From IMG/VR virus record IMGVR_UViG_3300031251_000967, positions 11,523 through 75,522 of that record: 64,000 bases of DNA; one strand, 5' to 3'. This DNA is from a virus. Positions 1 to 9,634 of the stretch are shown in pieces. The notes beneath the pieces were generated by a model, which made no database searches, was not told the DNA's origin, and was given only the letters and a program-made list of their open reading frames with translations. Position 1 is the first letter of the stretch. Every line of letters begins with the position of its first letter. The position numbers were made by a program, and so were the translations under genes.

Positions 1-792
1 CTCGAGAAGGCAATAGAGAAGCCAGTCAAAGTTGGAGAAATTCCGGTTCTTGAAGATCGGCTTCACCGTGTTTCGGCCGTGATTCCCCGCCACACATGGC
101 ACGAAGACGCGTCCAAACTCATCGGCTAGCGCCGTCAACGCCCATATCAGCACGCCGAAAAGATCGAGGAGAACCGGCATGGTCGGCATCTCGTTGGTTT
201 CGCGCAGTTCCTGGTGCAAATCACCGCTGACAAGATCGCCGCCCAAGTTCACGACTATTCCGGGCATCGCCACGCCTGAGGCGTGCAGCCGCGCGAGATA
301 GATCGTCTTCTCGATGACCTTGCGAAGCCGACGTTGCGCGATGGCGATGCTGTATTCGTTGACGCCGTTCAATTGCGCCCCATCTACGACCTCGCCCCAA
401 TGGAGGTCGGAGAGGAACAGGCAGGGCGTCCCCACGCCGTCTGCCGAATGATGCTCGAGCAGCCAGCCCGGCGGCTCCGGCGTCATCTCCTTCAGCCCGA
501 GGATGTGCTTGCGGACCACGGCCGCCGTCAGGTTGTCGCGATGCACCGCGGCGAGTTGCGACCGCAGCTCGCGCACCTGATCGGAGAGTGATAGCTTGGT
601 CTGCTGCCACTCGGCGTTTTCCTCGATCGCCCCGGCGGCGATGCCCTCTCGTTCGGCTCGCTTCAGCCAGCCCTCATAGGTCTGGCGCTTCACGCCGAGT
701 TGGCTCGAGGCCACTTCGGTATTCGGCTCGATCGCAGCGAGGTTGACGGCGCGCTGCAATTCCGCTCGAGTGGCGGGAGAGCGGCGGGTCAC
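1..792 (-). CDS. HTH + calcineurin-like metallophosphoesterase, truncated by window edge (absent from ORF track)
   Basis: Manual translation from GTG at 792 (overlaps holin stop) is open to base 1; motifs SDLHWG, LGGDLVSG, GNHGR. Confidence 0.8.
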   Translation of the reverse strand, partial: MTRRSPATRAELQRAVNLAAIEPNTEVASSQLGVKRQTYEGWLKRAEREGIAAGAIEENAEWQQTKLSLSDQVRELRSQLAAVHRDNLTAAVVRKHILGLKEMTPEPPGWLLEHHSADGVGTPCLFLSDLHWGEVVDGAQLNGVNEYSIAIAQRRLRKVIEKTIYLARLHASGVAMPGIVVNLGGDLVSGDLHQELRETNEMPTMPVLLDLFGVLIWALTALADEFGRVFVPCVAGNHGRNTVKPIFKNRNFSNFDWLLYCLLE

Positions 793-1043
793 TTGCTCGC
801 CTCAATCTTCTTGGTCTGCGCCTCTACTTGCTTGAGTTGCGCTGCGATCAGCTTGTTATGGAGATACCGACCCCGAATTAGGAGCCAGAGCGCGATGATG
901 CCCCCTACCCCGGTCAAGGCATTCAGAGGCGAGCTTATGAACTGCTGCCACCAGGAGTAGGCGACCCCGCCGAGCGCTACCGCGACTTGGGCGAAGAACA
1001 CGCGAGGCTGCGACGAAGCGTAATGCACGAAGGTCTCAGCCAT
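789..1043 (-). CDS. Small two-TM membrane protein, holin-like
   Basis: 84 aa, two hydrophobic segments, charged C-terminus, downstream of tail genes. Confidence 0.5.
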   Translation of the reverse strand: MAETFVHYASSQPRVFFAQVAVALGGVAYSWWQQFISSPLNALTGVGGIIALWLLIRGRYLHNKLIAAQLKQVEAQTKKIEASK

Positions 1044-1284
1044 CGTTACCCACCCCTACGCGCGGGGTGGAGAAATCTGTTGCCTGTCGCATCGTTGCCA
1101 CACCCATATCCGGGCATGGTGAGGTATATCCGCTCTCTGGCGGAGGGAACGTGCTTGCCATGATGTTGCGTTCCTGTTGTAGGCGGCATGGGGAGTGCCG
1201 CTTGCCCGCCCGATTCAGCGAGCGTTGGCCGGTTGCAGCTTTTGTGCTACCCTGTTGATCTGATTTTATTTCTGGTCAGCAGCC

Positions 1285-1650
1285 ATGAAGATCGACGCGC
1301 AAGTCTACCCGGCGCTTTCCGCACCGGTTCACCTGAAGACCGTTATCGTGTCACAGGGCGATACAGCCTTCCCGCCGGGCGCCGAATGGTGCTACGCGAG
1401 CGCCCGAGACGTTTACGCTGACGAGCGTATCCCGCAGGGTAGCGAGCCGCAGCTTGGGCTTCTCGGCTATCTGTACCACTCGCCGCTTACCGGCCCGTGC
1501 TTTCTTCTCGAACTCGGCCCCGGCACTCCCGCCGAGGGGCTGGCGTCTCTGAAAAGCCGAGCGGACTTCGGGAAGTGTGAATACTTCGCCCCGCAAAGAT
1601 GGTTCGGAACGTACACGGCGGATGTTCATAACGTTGCGCTTCTATGCTAG
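1285..1650 (+). CDS. Hypothetical protein (moron)
   Basis: 121 aa, opposite strand to late operon. Confidence 0.5.
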   Translation: MKIDAQVYPALSAPVHLKTVIVSQGDTAFPPGAEWCYASARDVYADERIPQGSEPQLGLLGYLYHSPLTGPCFLLELGPGTPAEGLASLKSRADFGKCEYFAPQRWFGTYTADVHNVALLC

Positions 1651-1689
1651 ACTGTTGATCTTCTTGGATTGACAGGTCGGCAGGGCATA

Positions 1690-2028
1690 ATGAGCTTCGT
1701 AGCAACGCCAGAATTGCAAGAGCGGGTTTCTCGAATGATCGAGGGGCAAGCGGAAGCCAGTCCTCCGACGGCCAAATGGCTCGCGGAAGAAATCTTGAAG
1801 TTGGTCGAGAGCGTCGCCGCTTTTCAGGAATTGTTGGCCGACGACGATTTCCAGCAAACACGCGCCACGCTTCGATCGGCCACGATATTAGCTGGCGGCG
1901 AGATCCGCATCCCCGCCGATCACATGGCGCAAGCCCGCGCCGATGGTTGGGGAACCCGTATTGTCGTCAGCAAAGATCAAGGCACCGACGAAACAGTTGT
2001 GCGCGTTGAGCGGGCGGAGCAGCGGTAA
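1690..2028 (+). CDS. Hypothetical protein
   Basis: TAATG-coupled to next ORF. Confidence 0.55.
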   Translation: MSFVATPELQERVSRMIEGQAEASPPTAKWLAEEILKLVESVAAFQELLADDDFQQTRATLRSATILAGGEIRIPADHMAQARADGWGTRIVVSKDQGTDETVVRVERAEQR

Positions 2029-2315
2029 TGGACGAGAGGGAACCGATGACGCCGGAAGAGTCGGCCGCTGTCGAAGCGGTTAGGGCGCAAATCGAACAGG
2101 CGATTTCGGATTGCTTGGCTCAAGGGCCGCTCACCGCTGAAGAGTTGGCGGCCTCAGCACAGAAGCGGCTCGACGAGATTTTCCCGGTCAAATGGGAGGA
2201 TCACATCGACGTGTCGCAAGAGGGCAGCACGCTTAAGCTGACCCCGAAGACCGACTTCGGCCGACAGATGATGGTCGACGCTAGAATGCTGCCGCCGCCG
2301 CTGCCGATCGACTAG
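2028..2315 (+). CDS. Hypothetical protein
   Basis: 95 aa, coupled start. Confidence 0.55.
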   Translation: MDEREPMTPEESAAVEAVRAQIEQAISDCLAQGPLTAEELAASAQKRLDEIFPVKWEDHIDVSQEGSTLKLTPKTDFGRQMMVDARMLPPPLPID

Positions 2316-2382
2316 ACGATTACGATTTAGAGGGATGGCCGCTGATTCCTCCCTCCTCCTCTCTTCCCAAGGACATTCACCG

Positions 2383-2523
2383 ATGCAGACCGCGCTCGAC
2401 GAAAGAGCGATACGACAGCGCGAGAAAAAGTGGTTCTTTCTCGGAATCCTTATGGGGCTCAATATCGCGAATTACGCAGTTATCGCCATCGTCGTCGTGA
2501 AATACGGGCTTTTAGCCGAGTAG
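2383..2523 (+). CDS. Small membrane protein
   Basis: AAGGA RBS, one TM segment. Confidence 0.4.
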   Translation: MQTALDERAIRQREKKWFFLGILMGLNIANYAVIAIVVVKYGLLAE

Positions 2524-2543
2524 CACCGCCTCGTCATCCGCCG

Positions 2544-3026
2544 TCAGGGGATGGTGACGGAATCCGTCGGCCACGATCCTTGACCAGCCAGCGCAAGGCC
2601 GAGTTGGTACAGGTGATCGCGGACAGCCGAATACACGGCCTTGATCTGCGCTTCCGTGAACACCTTGGGCGCGCCGGTCGCGTCGGGGTACGCGAAGGTC
2701 GATCCGCCACCCGGAAAGCCAAGGCCGGCGCCGCAGTCCACCGCCAGTGCGCGGATCTGGTCGAGCGTCACCTTGTCCAGCGCATACGTTGCTGAGATGG
2801 ACGGCGATCCCGTAGAGGTGATCTGGAGTCCTGCCGCTATTGCCGTATCGTACTGCTGCTGCGGTGTTGGTCCGGATGCGGCGACGATCTCCGCCCATGT
2901 CGGCTTGGCCCGCGTATCGAACCAGTCGAGCGCGTCGTAAGCCGCTTCTGTATTGTCCGTCACCGACCCGAAATACTGCGCTCCGGGAACGAGTTGGTCG
3001 AGGACCGATGCAACGTCAATGGTCAT
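2544..3026 (-). CDS. Tail fibre assembly-type protein (DUF4376-like)
   Basis: Position after fibre; DWFDTRAKPTWAEI N-terminus. Confidence 0.6.
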   Translation of the reverse strand: MTIDVASVLDQLVPGAQYFGSVTDNTEAAYDALDWFDTRAKPTWAEIVAASGPTPQQQYDTAIAAGLQITSTGSPSISATYALDKVTLDQIRALAVDCGAGLGFPGGGSTFAYPDATGAPKVFTEAQIKAVYSAVRDHLYQLGLALAGQGSWPTDSVTIP

Positions 3027-3148
3027 GACGATTTCCTCTGAACGACGGCGTAACTTCCTGCCGTCAGCGTCATCTGGTTGGAGCCAAGCAATTCCCCTTC
3101 GCGATCCGGAAGTTGCGGAACGCTTTTGAGATCACGGGTGCGCCACAT
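3023..3148 (-). CDS. 41-aa mini-ORF resembling part of the tail fibre C-terminus
   Basis: MWRTRDLK...SNQMTLTAGSYAV vs fibre WRTRDLN...SNQFTLPAGQYLV; ATGA-coupled to next gene. Confidence 0.45.
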   Translation of the reverse strand: MWRTRDLKSVPQLPDREGELLGSNQMTLTAGSYAVVQRKSS

Positions 3149-3150
3149 GG

Positions 3151-3837
3151 CTATGCGATCTTCCTGATTCCGAGGTAGCTGTAGACTTCAGGGCCGAAGT
3201 TGCAGGCGAAGCCGAACCCGTTCCCGGTCTGCGAGGCCGTGCACTGGTGCTGGAGCTGGATCGTCTTGGTTCCGGTCAGTGTAAACGCCCCTTCGATCAC
3301 GGATGACGTCTGAATGAAATCAGTCGCACCGCTGCCGGACGCGTTCTCCGATGATCCCGAAACAAGAAGTGCACCATCCGTGACGTTCCAGAGCCGCGCC
3401 TGATGTGGATCAACGTTTACCGCCGGAGCCCTGCCAGTTACCAGATATTGCCCTGCTGGCAGCGTGAATTGATTTGAAGACAGCGTGCAGATACTTGCGG
3501 TATCGAGCACCTTCGTGTTCAAGTCTCGGGTGCGCCATGCTCCGGAGGAGAACGTTCCGCCCGCCGTGTTCTGTGTCTTCTGGTCCTGAAGAATAACCAG
3601 CGGTCGCACGTAAAGCTGATTCAGCGCCGCGAGAAGCTGGGCGCGATTTGTCTTGTCGAGAGCAATGCCCGCTTGGGCGATGACTGCGACAATCTCCTCC
3701 TGCACGGCGTTCGCCCAATCGGCGGTAACGATCGTCGGCGTGACGCCCGTGCCGTCTTGGAAGTACCCGCTTGTGGCGCCGAGCGCGGCGGGCGTCGGAA
3801 GGGATGCGGACACCCCAGAGCTATCGATGCGGAACAA
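3151..3837 (-). CDS. Short tail fibre protein (Mu-type N-terminus)
   Basis: TTG start after AAGGAG; ADWANAVQEEI...LDKTNRAQLLAAL baseplate-anchor motif. Confidence 0.8.
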   Translation of the reverse strand: MFRIDSSGVSASLPTPAALGATSGYFQDGTGVTPTIVTADWANAVQEEIVAVIAQAGIALDKTNRAQLLAALNQLYVRPLVILQDQKTQNTAGGTFSSGAWRTRDLNTKVLDTASICTLSSNQFTLPAGQYLVTGRAPAVNVDPHQARLWNVTDGALLVSGSSENASGSGATDFIQTSSVIEGAFTLTGTKTIQLQHQCTASQTGNGFGFACNFGPEVYSYLGIRKIA

Positions 3838-3848
3838 GGTTCTACTCC

Positions 3849-4445
3849 TTACGTGTAAGAGAATTTGACAGTGGTGTGCGCGGGAGCCCTGGCGTTGATC
3901 GAGCACTCCAGCGGAGCGTTGCCGAAGCTTGTGAGGGGATCGCCGACCGCTGAGACGCCGACGCGGAAAGACGTCACGGTCGTGAGCGGGGCATTGATCT
4001 GCCAGACGTGCGCCCAGCCCGCCCCATACAGGGGCTGACCAACGGCGAGCCGCCCGACTCTTGCCGGCGCGAACTGCGTGATCGTGATCGTGTAGCCGAG
4101 CTTCGCCGCTTGGGCGATGAACGATGCCGGCGTCGGAGAATCCGTCGCCGTCAGCCGGGCGACGACCTGTCCGCGCCGGCCTTGGAGAGTTTGCGCCGGC
4201 CCGGCACAGGGATCCGGAAGCCCGAGGGTCTTTTCCCACTCCGGCAGCAGTTCGTACGTCGTCGTCGGAAACGCGTCGACCAGCAGATAGTTGGCCCGGT
4301 CGTTCACCCGTGCGAAGGTGGGCGCGAACCCAGACAGCGTCTCCGTCTGGATTGCGTCGCTGTCCCGTGGCCAGATGCGGCCGATTGGGAACAGCCGCTG
4401 GAGCAGCGCGAGGTAATCCGCCGCTGAGAAAGACGGTGCCAGCAT
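3849..4445 (-). CDS. Baseplate wedge protein, Mu gp48/DUF2313 family
   Basis: LFPIGRIW, ELLPEWEKTLGLPDPC, LECSINARAPAHT. Confidence 0.9.
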   Translation of the reverse strand: MLAPSFSAADYLALLQRLFPIGRIWPRDSDAIQTETLSGFAPTFARVNDRANYLLVDAFPTTTYELLPEWEKTLGLPDPCAGPAQTLQGRRGQVVARLTATDSPTPASFIAQAAKLGYTITITQFAPARVGRLAVGQPLYGAGWAHVWQINAPLTTVTSFRVGVSAVGDPLTSFGNAPLECSINARAPAHTTVKFSYT

Positions 4446-4449
4446 CAAA

Positions 4450-5574
4450 TCATGTCCAAGTGATCGTGCCGAGTACTGGCAGCGACCCAACAGGAATTGA
4501 GATGTTGGCGTTAGGCACCGAAATCACGAAGCCTGCGGATCCCGGAACGGCACCTATGGCGCTTTCGATATAGGACAGATCGACGACACCGCCCTTGGCA
4601 GAGCCATATTGCAGGAGCACACCCGCTATGGCAGATGCCACCGCCGACTGAACCGCAGACCCAGCCGTCGAGAGTCCGCTGATCGTAAAGTTTATCGCCT
4701 GTGGCGTCGGTGCCGCCGCATAGACGAGCGCCGTGACCGGTTGCCGTGTGGGCGCAAAGAAATAGTTGGCGACGGTAAGTTGGTCCCCTGTGGCCGCCGT
4801 ATCTCGCGTCTCGCCCGTCGCTACGCCGAATGTCCCTTGCGGGAAGCCGTTATGCGCCGCCTGAGCAACGTCCATCATGAAGTACACGACGACCGTGCCC
4901 GGCCCCATGCCGTTGCGCACGCACCACGCGCGGGTGACGCCGGAGACCTCTAGCGCCCATTCCTCATAGTCGCTCGGCGCTCCACCCTGCGGCGGTTGCG
5001 CGTAAGCCTTCAGCGTGCGCGACCGCAGGCTGTCCATCGTCTCCAGATCGGCACCGCCGGTGAGTGCAGTCGTCGCGGTGCCGTTCGCCTGAATGCCCGC
5101 AATGGCCTGCGCCAGCGTCATCGCGGTTCCGGCGTTCGTGTTGCCGAGCGAACCCGCGGCGTCAGCAATGACGGAGACCACTACCGTTCCGCCGACGGAA
5201 ACCGTACCGTCGGCCGTCGTGGTGTAGCTCGCGCCGTCACCGCGGGCGATGGGGGTGCCGGCAGGAAGGACAGTCCCTGCTACGCCGTTGAAGGTCACGG
5301 CGTTTGTGCCGGACGCAGGGGTCGCCGGCTTCAGCGTAACGTTCTTAAGCGCTGCCCAGCCGAGCAGGTATTCGTCGGTAGCTGTCCAAGGAACCGCCTG
5401 CCGCGCGATCCAGTCGATGTAGCCGAACACGAGGTTGATGAGGTTCGCGAGAACCTTGCCGATGATGCCGAGGTTTGAGAACCGCAGCAGCGGATCAGAA
5501 CCCGGCAGCGCGGCCGAAATGTCCTGTGCGGTCTGTTGCTTGAGAACCTTCAGCGTCGGGCGAGCGAAAGGCAT
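4450..5574 (-). CDS. Baseplate J-like protein (Mu gp47)
   Basis: MPFARPTL, GGADLETMDSLRSR, PPQGGAPSDYEEWALEVSGVTRAW. Confidence 0.92.
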   Translation of the reverse strand: MPFARPTLKVLKQQTAQDISAALPGSDPLLRFSNLGIIGKVLANLINLVFGYIDWIARQAVPWTATDEYLLGWAALKNVTLKPATPASGTNAVTFNGVAGTVLPAGTPIARGDGASYTTTADGTVSVGGTVVVSVIADAAGSLGNTNAGTAMTLAQAIAGIQANGTATTALTGGADLETMDSLRSRTLKAYAQPPQGGAPSDYEEWALEVSGVTRAWCVRNGMGPGTVVVYFMMDVAQAAHNGFPQGTFGVATGETRDTAATGDQLTVANYFFAPTRQPVTALVYAAAPTPQAINFTISGLSTAGSAVQSAVASAIAGVLLQYGSAKGGVVDLSYIESAIGAVPGSAGFVISVPNANISIPVGSLPVLGTITWT

Positions 5575-5575
5575 T

Positions 5576-6175
5576 TCAGCGGATCCCCTGCCAAGCCCAA
5601 TCGAATTTCAGCGTGGATTGCGCGCCCTTTGCGGGCTGATACACGGTGATCCGCGCCCCGAGCATTCCGGGGCGCGTCCACTCGGCGTAGATGTCGATCG
5701 ACCCGGCGACGCCGTCGTCGATCATCCATTGCAGCGCTTCGGCCATGTATTCCTTGGCCCGCGCCAGCGTTTCGTCAGTCTGCTTCGCCCGATCCAGCAA
5801 CCAGAGCCGCGAGCCGATCGGGTAATCTTCGTCGAGATCGCCGAGCCAGCCGCGCCGGTCGTTGGTACCATCCGGAATGACATCGTCTGGAAGGGCGGAA
5901 CGGTCGGTAAAAAGCGAGATGAGAAGGGCGGTCGGCAGGTCGTTTCCGGCCGCCAGATCCGCTTCGTCCATCGCCCAATCGCCGCGGCCGTTGGCAACGT
6001 CCCAGATCGTCGCGATGTCGCTCTGCCGCCCCACGATAGAGAAGGACGGCGACGATGTCGGAGAACCGCCGCCTCCCACAACGACCGTGGTCGACGTGGT
6101 CGAAAAGTCGAGAATGAGGCGGTCGCCGCCCAGCGACAGGAAGTCGCCGGACGTGTCGAGAAGGTAATCCGCCAT
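5576..6175 (-). CDS. Mu gp46-like baseplate protein with N-terminal extension
   Basis: LISLFTDR, RRGWLGD, GSRLWLLDRAKQT, EALQWMIDDGVA. Confidence 0.9.
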   Translation of the reverse strand: MADYLLDTSGDFLSLGGDRLILDFSTTSTTVVVGGGGSPTSSPSFSIVGRQSDIATIWDVANGRGDWAMDEADLAAGNDLPTALLISLFTDRSALPDDVIPDGTNDRRGWLGDLDEDYPIGSRLWLLDRAKQTDETLARAKEYMAEALQWMIDDGVAGSIDIYAEWTRPGMLGARITVYQPAKGAQSTLKFDWAWQGIR

Positions 6176-8310
6176 CAGTGCCACACGCGGACGTAGTCAA
6201 CGTCCATCGGCCAGTTCGTATCGGTGCCGAGGATCACCGGCATGTGGTGGGCATCGCCGACCGAGTAGGTTCCGCCCTGCGACCACGTCGTCGTGCCGAT
6301 CAAGTTGCCGTCGAGGTAATACTTGACGTATCCCGAATTCGGCGTGGCCGTCGCCGGCTTCCACGCGGCGCCGAAGACGTGCCAGTTGCCATCGGAAGCC
6401 CCTTCGGCTGTATGCAGGTCCTGCGTGCCGCCGGGCCAATCGTGAGTGGTCGCTCCATACGCGGTCGCCGACCCGCCGAAGTTCCACATAAGGAACTCCA
6501 TGAAGTCGGACTCGAACCACCGCGTGCCGTTGCCCCCGAACAGGTGCTCCGCAGACATCGTCCAGAAGGACGGCCACCCTCCGGTGCTGCCGCGGGTCGA
6601 GGCGTTGAAGCGGATGCGCGCCTCGAAATACGCTCCTCCGCCTTGCGCGAAGCCCTGCCAGCTCGACCCGCTGGAGCCGACCGTCGCGATAGAGTAGTTC
6701 GGCCCCGTGCCATCGCATTTGATGGTGGCGTACCCGTTCTGAACGGAGACGCACGACCCGGAGAGCGCGGACCAGCCGAACGGCCGGTCGAAGTACCACT
6801 TGAAGCCAGCGGCGCGGGTGCCGTTGACATCGAAAGTGCTGATCGAATCCATCTCGTCGTCGAAGACGAGATTGGTGAAACCGGCCGCCACCGCAGCGGG
6901 CGGCGCGGTGATCGTCGAGGACGGCGGCGGGGACGTACTGCCACCGCCGCCGCTGCTCTTCAGCGCATTGCCGACGACACCGGCGATCTGGTCGCCGAGC
7001 CACGGATAACCCACCGTGTCGTTCGGGTGCAGGCCGTCCGCAAGGCCAGTTGACGACGGGAAGTTGCTGCTGTCGTCGACCAGATAGACGTGATAACTGG
7101 ACGAGGACCGCGCGGAGATGACTGAGCCGACGCCCGCGTTGAACCCGCTTTCGTCGACCGCCATGGATCCGGTGCGCGGCAGCAGGTTCGAGACGACGAT
7201 GTACGCGTTCGGTACCTTGCCGTGGATGGCGTCGAGGAGGACGCCCATCCGTGTCAGAAGTGCCGACGTGCCGCCGCTCGTGTAGCTGGCATAGGCCGGC
7301 GCGTTCTTGGCCCCTGAGTACCCGGAGTTGTCGTTCGTGCCGATCTCGACCACGACGACGTTCGGGTTGGACGCCAGGATGCTGGGAGAGGCGTTGACCT
7401 TGTCGATGAGGTCGTCGACGCCCTTGCCCGGATAGCCATCATGGCTGTAGGTGCCGTCGGATTGCGTCCCGACATACGTGACGGTGATGCCGGACTGCGC
7501 GAGCTTGGTCTTGAGTTCCGGGCGATAGCTCAGCCCCGCGCCGCCCTGCCCCGCGGTAATGCTGTCGCCAAGCCCGGCGACGGTAATCGAGGTTAGCGCG
7601 GGAGTCCCGGTGGCGTTGTTGGCGACGGTCAGGCTCAGCGGGGCGGACGCCGAATGCGTCGGCTGTTGGTCTGGCGAAGCGCCGCCGTTGATCCACGCCG
7701 CAACGTCCCACGCATTGACCGAGAGCGAGTTCGGGCCGTTCGGCAGACCGTTCGTGTCGTAGGAGAGCGTGACGAGGCCGCTCGTCCCGGCCGGCGCACC
7801 GCCCGCCAGCTTCTTGTTCGTCGAGTCCCATAGCTCGACGTTCAGCATCCCCGGCGCTTGCACCGAGAACTGCGTGATGCCGGTGACGGTCGCCCCGGAA
7901 GCGGGGGAGAGAACGGAAACCGTGTACTGGGCCGGGGCAGGCGTTGCGAGCGCGGTTCCAATGGTCGCGATCGGCGCCCACAGCCCAGGCGTGCCGGCCT
8001 GAACGTTCACCCACCCGAGAGGCGCACCGGTGGCCGGGCTTGAGTTGTAGATGATCGTCCCGACCGAGTACGTCCCGACCGACGGCGGCGCGGACATAGA
8101 GGGCGGAGCGAAATTTTGCCTGATCGACGAGAGCGGCGTCTGGACGAGCGTCTTGACGCCGCCGATCGTCTGCACCGTCAGAACGGTTTCCGTCCCCTGA
8201 AGCGCTGCGGCCTGATTCAGGTTCAGCACGGACGTGTCGGCGCGTGCCGTTACGTTCGCGCTCAGCGCGCACGCCAGCAGCGCCGCCAGACCAAGCAATC
8301 TGCGGATCAT
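6175..8310 (-). CDS. Signal peptide + Ig-like + SGNH/GDSL esterase + GH16/ConA-like protein
   Basis: GLGDSIT, GTND, DGLHPN (SGNH blocks); YFEARIRF, WPSFW, ESDFME, WHVFGAAW, DVDYVRVW (GH16-like). Confidence 0.8.
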   Translation of the reverse strand: MIRRLLGLAALLACALSANVTARADTSVLNLNQAAALQGTETVLTVQTIGGVKTLVQTPLSSIRQNFAPPSMSAPPSVGTYSVGTIIYNSSPATGAPLGWVNVQAGTPGLWAPIATIGTALATPAPAQYTVSVLSPASGATVTGITQFSVQAPGMLNVELWDSTNKKLAGGAPAGTSGLVTLSYDTNGLPNGPNSLSVNAWDVAAWINGGASPDQQPTHSASAPLSLTVANNATGTPALTSITVAGLGDSITAGQGGAGLSYRPELKTKLAQSGITVTYVGTQSDGTYSHDGYPGKGVDDLIDKVNASPSILASNPNVVVVEIGTNDNSGYSGAKNAPAYASYTSGGTSALLTRMGVLLDAIHGKVPNAYIVVSNLLPRTGSMAVDESGFNAGVGSVISARSSSSYHVYLVDDSSNFPSSTGLADGLHPNDTVGYPWLGDQIAGVVGNALKSSGGGGSTSPPPSSTITAPPAAVAAGFTNLVFDDEMDSISTFDVNGTRAAGFKWYFDRPFGWSALSGSCVSVQNGYATIKCDGTGPNYSIATVGSSGSSWQGFAQGGGAYFEARIRFNASTRGSTGGWPSFWTMSAEHLFGGNGTRWFESDFMEFLMWNFGGSATAYGATTHDWPGGTQDLHTAEGASDGNWHVFGAAWKPATATPNSGYVKYYLDGNLIGTTTWSQGGTYSVGDAHHMPVILGTDTNWPMDVDYVRVWH

Positions 8311-8334
8311 CGGTAGCCTCAAGGTTCGGTAGGG

Positions 8335-8895
8335 TTATTCTTGCTCGTTCGGCACTTCGGTATTGATCGTGCTGGAGCCGGTCTGGACGTTCTTCACCTG
8401 ATGGTGGTGCCCGTCGTAGATCGTCCTCATGCTCTGCATGCTGCGCGGCGTGGCCGCATCGCAGCGGTCGGTAATGTCGCCGGTGACGAACAGGTTCGCG
8501 GTCTCCATCCGGACACTCGGCGTATCCGTGATCTTGATCGGCAGGCCGCCCCCGTCGATTACGATGCCCGACCGCGTCAGGTGAACCTTTTGACCAAGGT
8601 CGTCATGGACTGCCGCCTCACCGTCGGCGAGGTGTAGCCGGTAGCGCTGGTCGCCGGTAGCGATGACGACGCCGCTCGACCGGTCTCCAGAGATGAATAG
8701 GGCGACGGCATCCGCGCCGGGGTGCGGGCGGGAGGTGAACCCGTACTCGGCAAGCCGCGGTGTGCCGTCCCGCACCTCGTCGGCACCAAGCCGAATCTGC
8801 ACGATCTGCACCGCGCCGGAATCGTCGGTCGTGGTGATCCGCCCGCGGCCGATCGCCATCATCAACCTTCGATAGATCCGGTCGACAATGTCCAT
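8335..8895 (-). CDS. Baseplate spike / assembly protein V (Mu gp45)
   Basis: EYGFTSRP, GEAAVHDDLGQ, C-terminal YDGHHH metal-binding tip. Confidence 0.9.
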   Translation of the reverse strand: MDIVDRIYRRLMMAIGRGRITTTDDSGAVQIVQIRLGADEVRDGTPRLAEYGFTSRPHPGADAVALFISGDRSSGVVIATGDQRYRLHLADGEAAVHDDLGQKVHLTRSGIVIDGGGLPIKITDTPSVRMETANLFVTGDITDRCDAATPRSMQSMRTIYDGHHHQVKNVQTGSSTINTEVPNEQE

Positions 8896-8935
8896 TAATC
8901 TTCGCCTTCTCAGTTCACTCGGTCAGGGGTTCCCG

Positions 8936-9634
8936 ATGCCGTCGAAACTCATCATCACCCTCGCAGCGGTGCTGGTCTGTGCGGGATGCGCGCCCGACCG
9001 TGAGGCGGCACGAGCGCAATACTTCGCGCAGCGTCAGGCCGAGGAGCGCGCCCGCGAAGAAGCCGGAGCAGCGCGGCGACATGCAGAAGAACAAGCTCGG
9101 CAGGATGCTCTTGCTGCTAACGAGCGGGCGGCGGCCGAGGAACGCGCGCGGCGCGTTATCCAAGACCAGCGCGAACAGGAGCAGCGCGAAGCCGATCAGC
9201 GGGCAACCGCCGAACAAAAGCTGGTCGCCGCCCGCGTGGAAAAAGAACGCGGTTACAAGCGGATGTCGCTTGGCGATTTTCTTGTCGACTGGCGCGACAT
9301 GCCGACTGGCACCCACGTTTCCGTCACTGCCCTACACACCTTTGCCGGATCAGTGAGCGTTCTATCCACGGGCGTGCTAGGGAACCCGATTGTCGTCTTG
9401 CTTACCGATGGACTCCCGCGCCAGAGCCGAAAGATGCTTTTGGACTGCCACGCCTACAATACGTGGTGTCGCATTCGCATCCGCGGTCGAACCGGATGTG
9501 CCGCGACCAGGGACGGTATTCCTTCAGGCGAGGCGTGCCTTATCGCTGAATCTGTTGCCGATAACGACGAGCCAAGCCCATATGCCCCGGCCCGGGTCCA
9601 CTACGATCTGCCGGACGGCAGGAGGAATCCTTAA
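8936..9634 (+). CDS. Putative lipoprotein moron with coiled coil
   Basis: Signal MPSKLIITLAAVLVCAG-C; antisense within baseplate operon. Confidence 0.65.
   Translation: MPSKLIITLAAVLVCAGCAPDREAARAQYFAQRQAEERAREEAGAARRHAEEQARQDALAANERAAAEERARRVIQDQREQEQREADQRATAEQKLVAARVEKERGYKRMSLGDFLVDWRDMPTGTHVSVTALHTFAGSVSVLSTGVLGNPIVVLLTDGLPRQSRKMLLDCHAYNTWCRIRIRGRTGCAATRDGIPSGEACLIAESVADNDEPSPYAPARVHYDLPDGRRNP

Noticed and set aside
3023-3560. Diversity-generating retroelement or invertible fibre switch
   Set aside because: No reverse transcriptase or invertase in window; repeat is short and not adenine-specific
3838-4239. 5' extension of the tail-fibre ORF in the track
   Set aside because: Overlaps gp48; true start is TTG 3837 after AAGGAG
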